64,000 nucleotides of DNA from assembly GCF_027921745.1 (NCBI RefSeq), contig NC_079240.1:372001-436000 (forward strand). Direction: 5' to 3'. The position numbers were made by a program, and so were the translations under genes. Origin of the DNA: Schizosaccharomyces osmophilus (lineage: Eukaryota). The notes under the pieces are model-generated. The model saw nothing but the letters and a program-made list of their open reading frames with translations, was not told where the DNA came from and did no database searches. Each line of letters starts with the position of its first letter. Position 1 is the first letter of the stretch. Of the stretch, positions 49,003-61,012 are shown in pieces.

Positions 49003-49461
49003 ATGAGAGCCGCTCTTCTCCTTTCAAAGCAAGCCTCTGTCCATATTCCAAAGGGCTTCAATTTTCCAGTCCCAAAAGAAAAGAAACTGCCTCAAGTTTC
49101 TGATACCCATCCATTATGGCAGTTCTTTCGAAATAAAAATGCACTTTCTCCTCCCGATGAAGAGACCAAATTTGGCCGCTCTTGGACGGCTGAAGAACTT
49201 CGTTGGAAATCTTTTGACGACTTACACGGTCTTTGGTATAATTGTCTTCGTGAAAGAAACCTCCTGCTGACACAGACAACGGAGATGAAACGTATCAGAT
49301 TAACCGTTCCCGATCACTCCAAGGATCGCGTAAAAACTGTCAATAAAACAATGGCTACTATCAAATTCGTATTATGGGAGCGCGAGCGTGCCTTCCAAGC
49401 TGCAAAAGACCTAGAAAAAAAAGCTCCTAAAAATGTGGAAACCCCCAATCAAGTCGTTTAG
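49003..49461 (+). CDS. mrpl4: Mitochondrial ribosomal protein uL29m
   Basis: [44 protein letters not shown]. Confidence 0.93.
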   Translation: MRAALLLSKQASVHIPKGFNFPVPKEKKLPQVSDTHPLWQFFRNKNALSPPDEETKFGRSWTAEELRWKSFDDLHGLWYNCLRERNLLLTQTTEMKRIRLTVPDHSKDRVKTVNKTMATIKFVLWERERAFQAAKDLEKKAPKNVETPNQVV

Positions 49462-49553
49462 GGTCAAGTGTTTTCATCTAAAAGAAGTCTCTATATAAAA
49501 CGCTTGTTTTATAACGTTAAAAGTCCTTTTTTTTCTTAAGCAGTTACCTTTTT

Positions 49554-49692
49554 TGTTTGTTTACTTTTTTTTTATTTACATTTCAGATTTCACTCTGAGT
49601 TTGGTTACCACGACAACCGTGGTTAAAGAGAACTCGACGCGTCAAGAAGCTTCTTAATATTTACATGCTATTTACAAAATTAAAAGACGCGT
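49554..49692. promoter_or_regulatory. mus81 upstream elements: FLEX 11-mer (49554-49564) and two MCB ACGCGT boxes (49637-49642, 49687-49692)
   Basis: Exact motif matches within about 170 nt of the mus81 ATG at 49726. Confidence 0.6.
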
Positions 49693-49725
49693 AATTTTGA
49701 ACGAAGAGCTGCTAATGCTTTGCTT

Positions 49726-51726
49726 ATGAGTTGCGGGAATCCTTTGTATTTGCAATGGATTCAAGAATGGATGGAAGAGTCGACACGACGGTATCCCAAG
49801 TCTTACCAGACATGGAGAAAGGTAGGATAGAAAAATCATTGTCTGGTTTTTTAATGAATAGTTTCCTAGGTCGCTTAATAAATACAAGCAAATAGTGAAT
49901 CAAATGTCGTTTGGTGAATCTTAGAATATGACAATGAGAAGTGGTAAACCAAATATTAACGTTCCTAGGCATATGATTCTATGAAAAACTGTCCAGTTGC
50001 TTTACAACATCCATCACAAGCTTCTGCTTTGAAAGGAATTGGGCCTACTATATGTGCCAAGCTTGAAAAGCGATGGTTAGCATACTGTCGAGAAAACGAC
50101 ATACCAGTAACTCCTCTTCCCCAGCAAGAAAATGTGAATGATTCGGCAGACCAAAATGTCAATTCTGCAGCATCTTCTTCCAATCTTGTGAAAAAGCCGA
50201 CTGTTCGAAAGAAACGTCCATACGTGCCGGGTTATAGATCGGGTGCATATGCCATATTATGTTCCTTGTACTCTCTTCCAGCCCACGAATTTGCTACGAA
50301 ACCTCAAATAATTGTTTCGGCACAGAGTTTCTGCGATGCATCCTTTGGATCAACTACCGATGGGAACCAACGATATACAGCTTGGAATGCTATAAAAACA
50401 CTTATTACGAAAGGGCTTATTTATCAAACTGGTCACCCAGCCAAATACTGTCTTACCGATGACGGTGAAGAAGTGTGCACTCGTTTAGCAAGGGTTGATG
50501 ATGCTTTTCGGAAAAATGGTAGCCCTCTACGATTAAAGAAAAGCAACTCCACTCCAGCTAGCTTTCCTAGTTCAAGTAAGGTACAAAATGGGGACGTATC
50601 ACAGCGGGCTATAGGAAAGAACATGACATTGGATACGGTTTCGCATCAACCAAGTGTTATGGAAAAACAACCAGAACTTGTGCACTCAAGTGATGAAGAG
50701 ATGGAGGAGATAGCTGACGGCGAAAAAACGGATGTGGATGAGCTTCAAGAAGAGCATACGGATGAGATAAATTCGAATATTCCAAATATTGATTTGACTG
50801 ATGTCAGTACAACAGTCTCAGATAAAAACGTAAACGATCATATTGATATTCCTCTGGAAGTTATTCCATTCGAACGTTGTACTTTGATTTTGTTAATAGA
50901 TACTCGAGAAATTAGGATCCGTGGTGACCGAAATACTGTAGCTGACAAGCTGAACAACGACCATAACGTTTTGTGTGAAGTACGTGCTTTGGAACTTGGC
51001 GATGCTATATGGATTGCGAGAGATAGAGAAACAAGTCAAGAAATTGTTCTTGATTTCGTCGTGGAAAGAAAGCGGTATGATGATTTGGTAGCCTCGATCA
51101 AAGATGGACGATTTCACGAACAAAAACGTCGTCTCACGAAAAGTGGATTAAGCACCGTTTTTTATATCTTAGAAGAATCTAATTTTGATGAAAGCTTTTC
51201 TGAATCTATTCATACAGTCGTTTCCAACATACAAATAGATCATTTATTTCATGTTCGTTGTACCAAGTCCTTGGACCATACTATTGCTACTTTAGCAAAC
51301 ATGACAAAACACATCCAAAATCTCTATCAAGATCGAAAAACATTAAAATTAATCCCAGACTTATCGGTGGAGGCAAAGACATTTGAATCCATGAGAAAGC
51401 ATCTAGAGAGACTGGATCCGTCAATTACCTATCACATTACTTATAATGCTTTCTCATCTGTCTTGTCAAAGTCTTCTACTCTAACTCTTGGTGATATATT
51501 CGTTCGAATGCTGATGAGCATCCGTGGTGTCAGTGCACAGAAAGCAATTGAAATCCAAAAGCGTTTCCCTACGTTTATTGAATTATTTGAGTCTTATGAA
51601 CGATGTTCATCAAATCAAGATCGAGAATTGCTTCTTGCGAAATCATGTCAAGGCTTTGGATCACAAGCCATTGGTCCTGCTCTGTCAGCCAAAATAGCCT
51701 ATGTTTTTCATCCAGATCCTGCATAA
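49726..51726 (+). CDS. mus81: Structure-specific endonuclease Mus81; exons 49726-49821 and 49969-51726
   Basis: Exon 1 ([15 protein letters not shown]...TWRK) is joined by a GTAGGA..TTAAC..TAG intron to AYDSMKNCP. HhH LKGIGP; ERCC4 [28 protein letters not shown]. Confidence 0.96.
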
Positions 51727-51919
51727 TAGATAGTTGACAGGATCTCCCTGGACGTTTTCTTTGCCTCTTGTTTTTGAGTTATCTTCAAGCGAAACTGGTT
51801 TAGCGAAGTACAGTAAGTTGTCCTCTCGGAACCGACCAGCTTACTAGGCATTTTCATGTTCCATAAACACACCTTAAGAAACATTTTTGTGAACATTAAG
51901 TCTCTCATCGTTGAAATTT

Positions 51920-52828
51920 ATGCTCGTGCGTCGTTCATTTAATTGTGGCAGATTTGCCGGGCAGCTTGCACTGCTTCGCCCAGGACTCTGTCAAAGTCGA
52001 CTCTCTTTAACTAGATTCCACAGCTCTGATTCAAACAAAGGAAACGAATCCTATACCCACTTTGGATTTAAAGATGTTCCCGAAGAAGAGAAAGAATATA
52101 TGGTTAAAAATGTTTTCTCCTCAGTTGCTAAAAAATACGATCAAATGAATGATATGATGTCTTTGGGAATCCATAGAATATGGAAAAACCAATTTGTATC
52201 TGCGTTAAATCCCGGTAATAGCACTACTCCTATGAAGGTTTTGGATGTAGCTGGCGGTACTGGGGACATCGCATTCCGTTTATTGGATCATGCAACCCAA
52301 AGAAACCATGATCATAGCAGTAAAGTGATTGTTGCAGACATCAATCCTGATATGCTTGCTGTGGGTAAAAGGAGAGCTAAAAAAACACCATATTTTGAGT
52401 CGGGACGTGTAGATTTCATTGAGCAAAATGCTGAGGTTTTGGATAAAATACCAGACAACAGCATTGATATATTTACCATTGCCTTTGGAATCCGGAACTG
52501 CACGCATATTGACAAAGTCTTGGAGCAGGCACATCGAGTTTTGAAGCCTGGTGGTGTTTTCAGTTGTTTGGAATTTAGCAAAGTTTATCCTCCTTTGCTG
52601 GCAGAGGTATATCGTCAGTACAGCTTCAAATTCCTTCCCTTGCTTGGTACGGTGATAGCTGGCGATAGTGAAAGTTATCAGTACTTGGTAGAAAGCATTG
52701 AGCGTTTTCCTGATGCTGACAGATTCGCTAAAATGATTGAGCAAGCTGGTTTCACTTTAGCTGGTGAGCGAGGATACGAATGCCTTACCTTTGGAGTTGC
52801 TGCCATTCATACTGGTGTAAAACTTTAA
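51920..52828 (+). CDS. coq5: Ubiquinone biosynthesis C-methyltransferase (UbiE/Coq5)
   Basis: THFGF, YDQMNDMMSLGIHRIWK, LDVAGGTGDIAF, IAFGIRN, SYQYLVESIERFP. Confidence 0.96.
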   Translation: MLVRRSFNCGRFAGQLALLRPGLCQSRLSLTRFHSSDSNKGNESYTHFGFKDVPEEEKEYMVKNVFSSVAKKYDQMNDMMSLGIHRIWKNQFVSALNPGNSTTPMKVLDVAGGTGDIAFRLLDHATQRNHDHSSKVIVADINPDMLAVGKRRAKKTPYFESGRVDFIEQNAEVLDKIPDNSIDIFTIAFGIRNCTHIDKVLEQAHRVLKPGGVFSCLEFSKVYPPLLAEVYRQYSFKFLPLLGTVIAGDSESYQYLVESIERFPDADRFAKMIEQAGFTLAGERGYECLTFGVAAIHTGVKL

Positions 52829-53311
52829 GTAATGTTCAACAGAACCTACTTTACGATTGAAGCCTAACTTTTCTTACCATATTTCTTTGGAAAGATATCA
52901 GTTTATTATCTTACGTTTACATTTATCAATTTCCTATTTAAGGATTTTAATTAAATTTACTTTACTCAAATTGCAACTATTCTTGTGAGAAAATAATCAC
53001 TATTTAATTCATTATTATAATCATTCGTTATTGACCATTATTTTTTGCGAAACCAAATAGACAAAGCAGCCATGGCTCGCTCATCGACATTAATCATTCG
53101 AGGGGGCATTATTGTAAACATATTTAACAAGAAAGATACTTCAGCATCAAAGATTATAGATCGTAAATCTAAAAAAACTCGGCGTAAAGCGTATAAATAT
53201 TGCTATGGTTCATACATGCTTAAACATTAATCATAGTTCTTGAATCAGTACGATAAGTCGTCCCTTTTTTTTTTTTTAACCAAGGAGACTTTATTTTTAC
53301 TGCTTCCTTCC

Positions 53312-54355
53312 TTAGGCAAAGGCGTAGGAAGGAAAGGCTTTTCGGCTTTTCTTGTCAATATTCCATTCGTACAAGTGAGTTGCAGAAGCAACATACACCG
53401 ATGAACCATCGTCTGCAAAGCATGATCCACAGATTCCTTGAGAAGTTGAAAAAGGGCAGTTGTCTTCTTCGGGCAGAACAAGCTCAATATCTCTATTGGT
53501 ACGCAAATCCAATAAATGCGACACTCTCGTGCCTTCCGTATACAGCAGCAGATCTAATGGACCAGCGTTGGGAGGTGTAAAATGGCAGCTCCGGACGCTT
53601 CCATCAGGTTGATTTCGAGATGTGGTTTTTGTTAACATGGGGAGCTTCATGTACCGAACGTCGAAGACACTGAGGCTAGAATCTTGACTAGCACAAGCAA
53701 ACATCTCGTTGTTTTGTGAAATGCTTGTGCAAATCGACGAGTCTTTTGTATTTGCTTGTACTGTGTGTCGGAGTATATAGTCTCCGGATCGAGTAATTTC
53801 GTAAAAAAATAAATCCGGTGAATCGCCGACACAAACCATGTATCGGCCATCATTACTAACAGAAGCATGATTCATATTCACAGAGTGACGAAGATTCCGC
53901 GTTAATATTCCAGAAGTGAGGTCGACGACTTTGACAGAGCGATCATTTGTGGAAATTAGCGCCTCAGGTTGATGATCGGAAGCTCGTTTATGGATCTCAA
54001 TACCATTATTATAATATGGTCCAAGTTCCAAATGCTTATGCTTTAAGTTGGGAGACCAATAATCAAATTGACCGGCCAGACCACCTGATGCAATGTAACC
54101 ACATTTTCCAAGTAAACACACTGGCTGATACGTCAACATGTGCCCAACCTGAAAAACTTTTTCTGAATTAGGGTATATTTTCCAAATGAAGAAATCATTT
54201 GTGTAGTAGATAGGATTGAATTCTTCCCCAGTGTATTGAGTAGATATCAGATTTTTTAATTGAGGATGTTCAGAACACACTTTAGCACGATGCTGCTTCG
54301 GAATTCCATCCCGAAGGCATAAGCTAGACTGATTTAAAGAACTGACGACTGTCAT
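53312..54355 (-). CDS. WD40/YVTN-repeat protein (DUF2415-like)
   Basis: 347-aa ORF from ATG 54355 with beta-propeller repeats (ISTNDRSVKVVD, NHASVSNDG, ACASQDSSLSVFDVR). Confidence 0.8.
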   Translation of the reverse strand: MTVVSSLNQSSLCLRDGIPKQHRAKVCSEHPQLKNLISTQYTGEEFNPIYYTNDFFIWKIYPNSEKVFQVGHMLTYQPVCLLGKCGYIASGGLAGQFDYWSPNLKHKHLELGPYYNNGIEIHKRASDHQPEALISTNDRSVKVVDLTSGILTRNLRHSVNMNHASVSNDGRYMVCVGDSPDLFFYEITRSGDYILRHTVQANTKDSSICTSISQNNEMFACASQDSSLSVFDVRYMKLPMLTKTTSRNQPDGSVRSCHFTPPNAGPLDLLLYTEGTRVSHLLDLRTNRDIELVLPEEDNCPFSTSQGICGSCFADDGSSVYVASATHLYEWNIDKKSRKAFPSYAFA

Positions 54356-55776
54356 AATATGGAAAGACAATTAATGGGTCGGTGAATTTCGAAGAAAAAA
54401 ATTTTTTTTAAAAAAAAAAAAAAATTAAAGGGAAAAATAAAAGAAATCAGGATGGAATGAAACAGAATGAATCCAAAAATTAGAAATAGATAGGGATAAA
54501 TCTTTCTTTTTTGTTTTTGTTTAAGAGAATGGAAGAATAGACATAAAAAGCTTGGAGAAGAAGTTCGTATAGATAGTTCTGAGTAAACAAAAAAATGTAC
54601 GTTCGAAAATACCAATTGCTTCAACAGACGAGATGATCGATTTAAAGTAATTAAATGATCTTAATAAAACTACCAGGAATGATATCAATCGCTGACAATA
54701 TGCTTTTCACAAAGAATGCGCAATGTGAATCCAACGAGAATTGAAACCCAGAGGGATGGAATAAGGCAAAATAGGAAAAACCAATTCAAAACAATTTAGC
54801 TTCCTCGCTTACCAACGACAGGTAAATCTTGGAATTGCTTTACACACGGAGTCGTTTCGCTTGAAACCAAAAAAAGCTTGTCTGTATGATGATGAACAGT
54901 ATGAAAACCCAGATTGCTTTGAGAGTCCTTGTATCAAAGAAAAAAAAACGATAAATAAAAAGAATTCCTTGTAGCTGTTTTGTTCGGGATTTTGCTAAAG
55001 AAGAGTTCGAAAGCTGAGGAATTCATGCGTGAAAACCGCAGGTGCAATGGTTGCGTAAACAGATTCGTGAACATATCATTGTATTAGGTTTGACGATGGC
55101 TAAAATATCGAATAAAAAGACATCCGCCATGTCGTTTATGAAGCACTTATTAGAGGAGGGCCCAATGCTTTTTCAATGTGGGGAGGCGCAAAAATTGAGT
55201 CATTGTAAGCGCAAAGGAAGAGGCAATTCCATAAAGAGGAATGACGGATGTATGACAAAGAGAAAAGTGCAACACAATCAAGAAAGAACTTCAGAAAATA
55301 ACATTTGTGAGATTGCTGCAAAGTACGGTCCAAGTTGATGATGGAACGATTTAGAGATGCTAAGAGAAGTACGTTATTAAACATTCCTAAGGAAGGTAGG
55401 AGGAAACAAGTTTGAAGCAGATGGAAGAAACGAGAAAGAGATTTCATAGAATTCTTTTTGACGATTTATAAAGGATCATGTTTGCTTGGGAGGTGTATGA
55501 TGGTGTGCAGAGACTAGACTTAATTTTGAGTTGGGTTGACTTGACAAAAAAGGTAGGTAGTGGGGAAGCGAGAATGCAGATTTTAAAAAAAGAAAAATCT
55601 CATTTAGACCAAGTTTCTGTAGTCAGAAATGTTCTTTTTTTTTTTTGTTTGTTTGTTTGTTCGAGTAGGACGAAATGGATTTCGACACATTAAAAATTCA
55701 TACAAACGGAGAGATGAAGTAACAGAATGCAAGGAAAAGACTTCTTTGTGTCGTATCAAAGTATAGTTTGGTTTGA

Positions 55777-55801
55777 TTTAGTTTAGTTTAGTTTAGTTTA
55801 G
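55777..55801 (+). repeat. (TTTAG)5 microsatellite just downstream of the aph1 stop
   Basis: Five perfect TTTAG units, preceded by degenerate copies. Confidence 0.8.
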
Positions 55802-55839
55802 TAAAGCATACTTTTGAGAACGAAACAAGCATTTGTGAT

Positions 55840-56598
55840 TTACTGATTTTGTGCAAAGAAAGAACGCAACCAGGTTGCTTCTTCCTGCATAACTTCAGGC
55901 GTACGGGGTTGACGGTCTTCATCTCTGGGGATGCTTTTCTTCATAGATGTAGGAGGAGCTTGATCTCCTACGATGGCTTCTTTCCCTGTAGCTTGTAACG
56001 ATTCAAGGTTGGCCTCTGCCTTCTCCAAATGTTGATATACTTCATCATTTTCATTAAAGTCGAGTTTCTTGCGAGGAATTAGGTGCACGTGAAGATGAGG
56101 GACAGTTTGTCCAGCGTCTTTTCCATCCTATCAGAAATGGTAAATTAGAATGCTTGTTCCTTCCTCTCAAATGACTTACCTGAATGCCAATGTTGGAAGC
56201 AGTTGCTGTGTAGACTTTTTCGAGGATAGATTGTACCTTCTTGACGCTCTCAAAAAGATCACCAATCTGCAAAAAAAAGGTTAATATGTTTGCTTGTTTG
56301 CTTCGGACTTGCCTCTTCCTGAGAAAGGTCGCGTAATCGAGGGACAACCCTGCGAGGGAGTACTAAAACATGGCCTGGCAAAATGGGTTTGAGATTGACA
56401 ATCGCAAAGGAATGCTATATTCATACATGTTAACAAAACGCTCCATGGAAAAAAGCTGTGTCGCGTTGTTGGTCACGAAAAATTCCTAATGCACAACAAC
56501 ACGATTTCCTTCTCTTTTTGTTTGCATTTTCTTACCTTTGCTTGATAGAACACTTGGTTAGTAACGTTAAATGCAGAAAACATAAACGGTTTCGACAT
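55840..56598 (-). CDS. aph1: Fhit-family diadenosine polyphosphate hydrolase; exons 56598-56536, 56414-56313, 56266-56180, 56127-55840 (179 aa)
   Basis: VNLKPILPGHVLV, IQDG..AGQTVP and HIT motif HLHVH; intron 2 is GC-AG. Confidence 0.92.
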
Positions 56599-57227
56599 TT
56601 TCTACAAAATACACTGGATTCAGTAGTTGCAAAAGGGAAAATCTACACCCGTTGAAGTTAAAATCTACAGTTGTTTCTGTTCATGACACAATCGTTCCTT
56701 TACATATAATTGATTTCTTTGAAACCTTTGTTGGTTTTGAAAGCCTTACAGTATGCTTCAATCTCTTACGCTTTAGTGGTGTCAAACTTTGAAAAGAAAT
56801 AGCACAGATAATATTAATAACAATTAATTCACGAAATTATTAGAATTTTTTAAATATAAGTAACACAATTTTGTTCATGATATTCTGATTGTCGTTGAAG
56901 AACATAAACCAGAGAAAAACTATTTTCATAAAAACTAACCATATCAGTAAAGTAATATAGATTCGTACAAAGTGGCATGATTAATATTTTTGGATTCGAA
57001 AACAAGAAGGGATCAGTTGAAGGATCCAATTTCTTGAAATATGCACAGTGAAAATCATTTTTGGATTCCGTGCATACCACAAAATGTCCTGTGACAGACC
57101 AGACTCATAATTTGAAACAGAAAAGCATTCGGATTTTCAGAGATAAAAAACAAAGAAAACCCATGAGCAATCCTGGGTATAAGCAATGAACACTTTTTTT
57201 AGTTGTAGCTGGGTGATGATGTCCATT

Positions 57228-58622
57228 TTAATACAAAAGGCGAGTATTAATCTTGCCAGGCAAAGACTCCAACCTGGAGTGCAAAGTTTCCAAGGAACTA
57301 GATGAACAATCGCTGATATCAGCAACCAAGTAAGCAATTTCACCGCGGGAATCAGAGAATTGAGCTTTGATGTTGTGGTTGACAAGGATTTCATTGACTT
57401 GTCGGAGGACACCTGGTACGTTTTTGTGAGCAAACAAGACACGGACGACATTGGTATCAGCCTCGGTAAGACTACGTAAAGACACTTCAGGGAAGTTCAC
57501 AGCACTAACACTGTTACCCTCATTGATGTAGCGAGTAAGGGCATCACTAACCTCAAGACCAATGTTGTATTGAGCCTCTTCAGTACTACCACCAATGTGA
57601 GGAGTCATGATAATGTTTCTGCATGAGCATAGTTCACTAGTCCAAGAGTTCAAACTATCGGCAAATTTTCCCTTGCCATTACCAGCGGGTTCGGCAGGAT
57701 AGACATCAATAGCGGCACCAGCAAGCTTACCGCTCTTACTAGCAGCAATCATGGAAGGAATGTCAACTACAGTTCCACGAGAAGCGTTGATGAGATAACT
57801 ACCGTTCTTCATGGCAGCAAACTCAGCATTAGAAATCATGTTTTTCGTTTCGGGAGAAGCAGGAACGTGGCACGAAATAAAATCAGCACGATGGAGGAGC
57901 TCATGAAGAGAGCTCAATTGCTTGGCAGAACCCAAAGGCATGATGGGAAGGACATCATAATAGACGACGTGAAGACCCATAGCTTCAGCAAGAACTGAAA
58001 GTTGGGAACCAATGTGACCATAACCAATAATACCCAAGGTCTTGCCACGGATTTCCCAACAGCCATTAGAAACCTTGTTCCATTCGCCATAGTGAATTTC
58101 CATGGAGCGGTCACCAACTTGGCGAGATAAGCAGATGATTTCGCCAATGACGAGTTCGGCGACAGAACGAGAGTTGGCATAAGGAGAGTTGAAGACGGCG
58201 ATACCACGTTCAGCAGCAAATTCCAAATCCACCTGATTGGTACCGATGCAGAAACAACCGATGACGATTAAATTGTCGGCGGCCTCCAAAACACGACGAG
58301 TCAGACGGGTCTTGGAACGGATACCGACGGCGTGAACACCCTTGATTTTTTCAACAAGTTCATCTTCGCTGAGAGAAGACTTTAAGAATTCAACCTGATA
58401 TCCTTGTTCTTTCAAGTTGCCCAAGGCAGATTGGTTGACGTTTTCCAACAACAAAATCTTGATATCCTCCGAAGCAAATGGCTTCAAGGCACGCTTTGGG
58501 GGTTGGCTATAGGAACCTGGAGCCCGTACTGTGCCTGTAAGGAAGGAAGGTTTGTCGGGGGGAGACAAGGAAAGCTGATTCATGCTTTCATCAACAGTTT
58601 GGCGAGGTTTCGAAATATCCAT
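57228..58622 (-). CDS. ser3: D-3-phosphoglycerate dehydrogenase
   Basis: GIRSKT, GCFCIGTNQVDL, GIIGYGHIGSQ, TPHIGGSTEEAQ and a C-terminal ACT domain HKNVPGVL. Confidence 0.96.
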   Translation of the reverse strand: MDISKPRQTVDESMNQLSLSPPDKPSFLTGTVRAPGSYSQPPKRALKPFASEDIKILLLENVNQSALGNLKEQGYQVEFLKSSLSEDELVEKIKGVHAVGIRSKTRLTRRVLEAADNLIVIGCFCIGTNQVDLEFAAERGIAVFNSPYANSRSVAELVIGEIICLSRQVGDRSMEIHYGEWNKVSNGCWEIRGKTLGIIGYGHIGSQLSVLAEAMGLHVVYYDVLPIMPLGSAKQLSSLHELLHRADFISCHVPASPETKNMISNAEFAAMKNGSYLINASRGTVVDIPSMIAASKSGKLAGAAIDVYPAEPAGNGKGKFADSLNSWTSELCSCRNIIMTPHIGGSTEEAQYNIGLEVSDALTRYINEGNSVSAVNFPEVSLRSLTEADTNVVRVLFAHKNVPGVLRQVNEILVNHNIKAQFSDSRGEIAYLVADISDCSSSSLETLHSRLESLPGKINTRLLY

Positions 58623-60370
58623 AATGAACTTTAATGTAATTTATTTTCTTAAATAACAAAATGATATGTGGTATGAAAAGGTAACCGAAAAGAGTTGTTT
58701 TTGTTGGGAATTCTCAAGAATGGTAAATTTCAAGAATTCGTTTCTAGATCACAAAATTATTATGTTCTATAACGATTGTACTGGTAATAATTAGCCTTTT
58801 TTGTTTTTCCTACTGTCCTTATTCAACAGCGGTGTGGTAGGATGTTGTTGGTTTTGGTCAGAAGTTTGTCTATTTTATAGAAGAGAACATTCGCTCTATG
58901 TATCGCACGCAACTGAGATACCGAGCCGGTCCGCAAACGAACCCAAAGATCCAACGATGAATAGAATGACATTGAAAAAGAAGATCGTGAAATTGATATC
59001 CCATTAGATATCTTTGATGTCAATAAAAGCTGCTTTGTGAAAATTTCCTGCTTGCGAAATCGTAGTATTGGCGATTCATGATTTGTAACACCAGCTGTAT
59101 CGGCAAAAGAAATTTATATGTATAAAAAAAAAAAAAAAAAAAATAATATTTCTCTAAACCTGGACAATGCTGAAGCCCATAGTTCGCTATAATCCAAAAA
59201 GAAAAAGAAATTAAAGCATTTCAGATGAAAGCGTCCTGCAATAAGAGTGCGACAAGTTGAATTGTATTCTTGTTGGCAAAATTTCGTTTAGCAATCGTTT
59301 GTTTGTTTACAGTCCCAAAAAAAAAAAAAATCTCCAAGTAAAGATCGTTGTAGAAAAAGGATACAACCGACGTGAAAACATAAATAAAATGAATTGTAAA
59401 GATTCAATCATCGTAGACTTGTTATTGTGGTGCATCATTATAGAGAAGAAAATTCATCATCCACGGACAAATCGATTCTGTCAGTTTGCTACTCTCGTCT
59501 AAAAGACAGAAAGAAACCAAAACTTGATTCAAATAAAGTATCTTTTTTCTTTTTTCAGTCTTCCTTCAATCGCTTTGGATTGCTTTCGTTTCTTCTTTAG
59601 CACACGTAAACAATGCATGAAACGATGCTTTTTTTATGCTCTGTAAGGAGTTTCCTTCCACAAATTTTTATACTGGAATTTTTGAATTGATCGTATTATT
59701 CATAGGAATTCTGGTGTAATTTAATATTCACAAGCCATGAAGGGACAGAGCCCTTGTGCGAAGCAAGTAGTGAATTCAAAAGTCAGAAATATAACTACTG
59801 TATTCAAAAACAATTTTTTTTTCTATTTTTTTGGATATCTAATCTTGACACCAAAGAAACCGCTTCATTTCCATTTCGTAATTTGTTCTCCATTACCAAA
59901 ACAGTAAACATTACCATTCTCCCTCAACCGACAAAGCTATCGAGGAATGAAAAAAAAAAAATGTGTAAATGTCATACTAATTGCATGAAAAACCTCCCTT
60001 TCTTCAGGATTTCCCATGTTGGAATAAACGGGTTAGCGTCCAAGTAGAAATCGACTCGAATATCGCGTTCTTTCCCTTTAAAAATAATTTTTGGGCTGAC
60101 AATTTTTGGTAATATAGTCTAAATACATGCGCTGTTACCAGACGCGACTGATTCCTTAACGTACAAACTTGTTACAGAGGTGACTAGCAGGAAAATAGAT
60201 GTTCGCTAATTAATTTTCATAATTACAATGTCTCTTTCTATTAAGTTTTAGCCGTTCTATTTCACAGATAGGGACGGACTTTCAAGTTCACATGAGTAAG
60301 CAAAGCAAGTCAAATATAAAAGATTTTTTTACAAATAAAGACTCCAATATTAAACTCTCAGATATCATTA

Positions 60371-60452
60371 GACACTATGCCTGAGTGGTTAAAGGGATAG
60401 ATTAGAAATCTATTGCGGTCTCCGCGCGCAGGTTCAAATCCTGCTGGTGTCG
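60371..60452 (+). tRNA. tRNA-Ser(AGA), intronless, long variable arm
   Basis: GACACTA/TGGTGTC acceptor stem, anticodon arm ATAGA-TTAGAAA-TCTAT, variable arm GCGG-TCT-CCGC, T-loop GTTCAAATC. Confidence 0.97.
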
Positions 60453-60459
60453 TTTTTTT
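60453..60459 (+). terminator. RNA polymerase III oligo-dT terminator
   Basis: T7 run immediately after the tRNA discriminator base. Confidence 0.85.
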
Positions 60460-61012
60460 GTTTGATTTTGCTTGCTCTCTTCAAATTTCGTCAACGGACT
60501 CTTGGTTCGTTTACTTGGTCTAAGAAACGTATACACAGGTGTTAGTACAGTTTCACAAAGCTCTGTAAAACAACATCTACAACACGAACAATTTGTTCGC
60601 CGCTTTATCAAAAACTCTGATTTTCCTTGTCATCTACTCAAAAAACATAAAATGATATACGGTTACAGTTTTCTTTTACGTTGGGTTTTGTCAAAACACG
60701 TTTATGCGATTCAAAACTACTTGATTTATTATGAGTAATATATTTCCTTATGCCATATAGTACATTCTCCATACTGCAATTTTCAGTAAACTGGATATAA
60801 TTCAGTAGCATAAATATTATTCATACAATGGTTGCAGCTCCCACATGAACAATCCTCAACATTGCTTACAAACAGCAGGGTTTGCCGTTTCAAAAGCTGT
60901 AAAGCTGACCAAAAAAAATGTTACAATCCATCCAATTTTTCAATCCGTTCACATGGCGTATTTATTATAAACAAAAGATTAGACAATATTGGCAATTCGC
61001 ATGCAAAGCTTC

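Noticed and set aside
55042..55447. Overlapping 98-aa (+) and 103-aa (-) ORFs between aph1 and the WD40 gene
   Set aside because: They are compositionally biased with no motifs, consistent with the UTR/promoter of the WD40 gene.
56658..56684. 8-codon uORF upstream of aph1
   Set aside because: It may lie upstream of the TSS, and short ORFs like this are common by chance.
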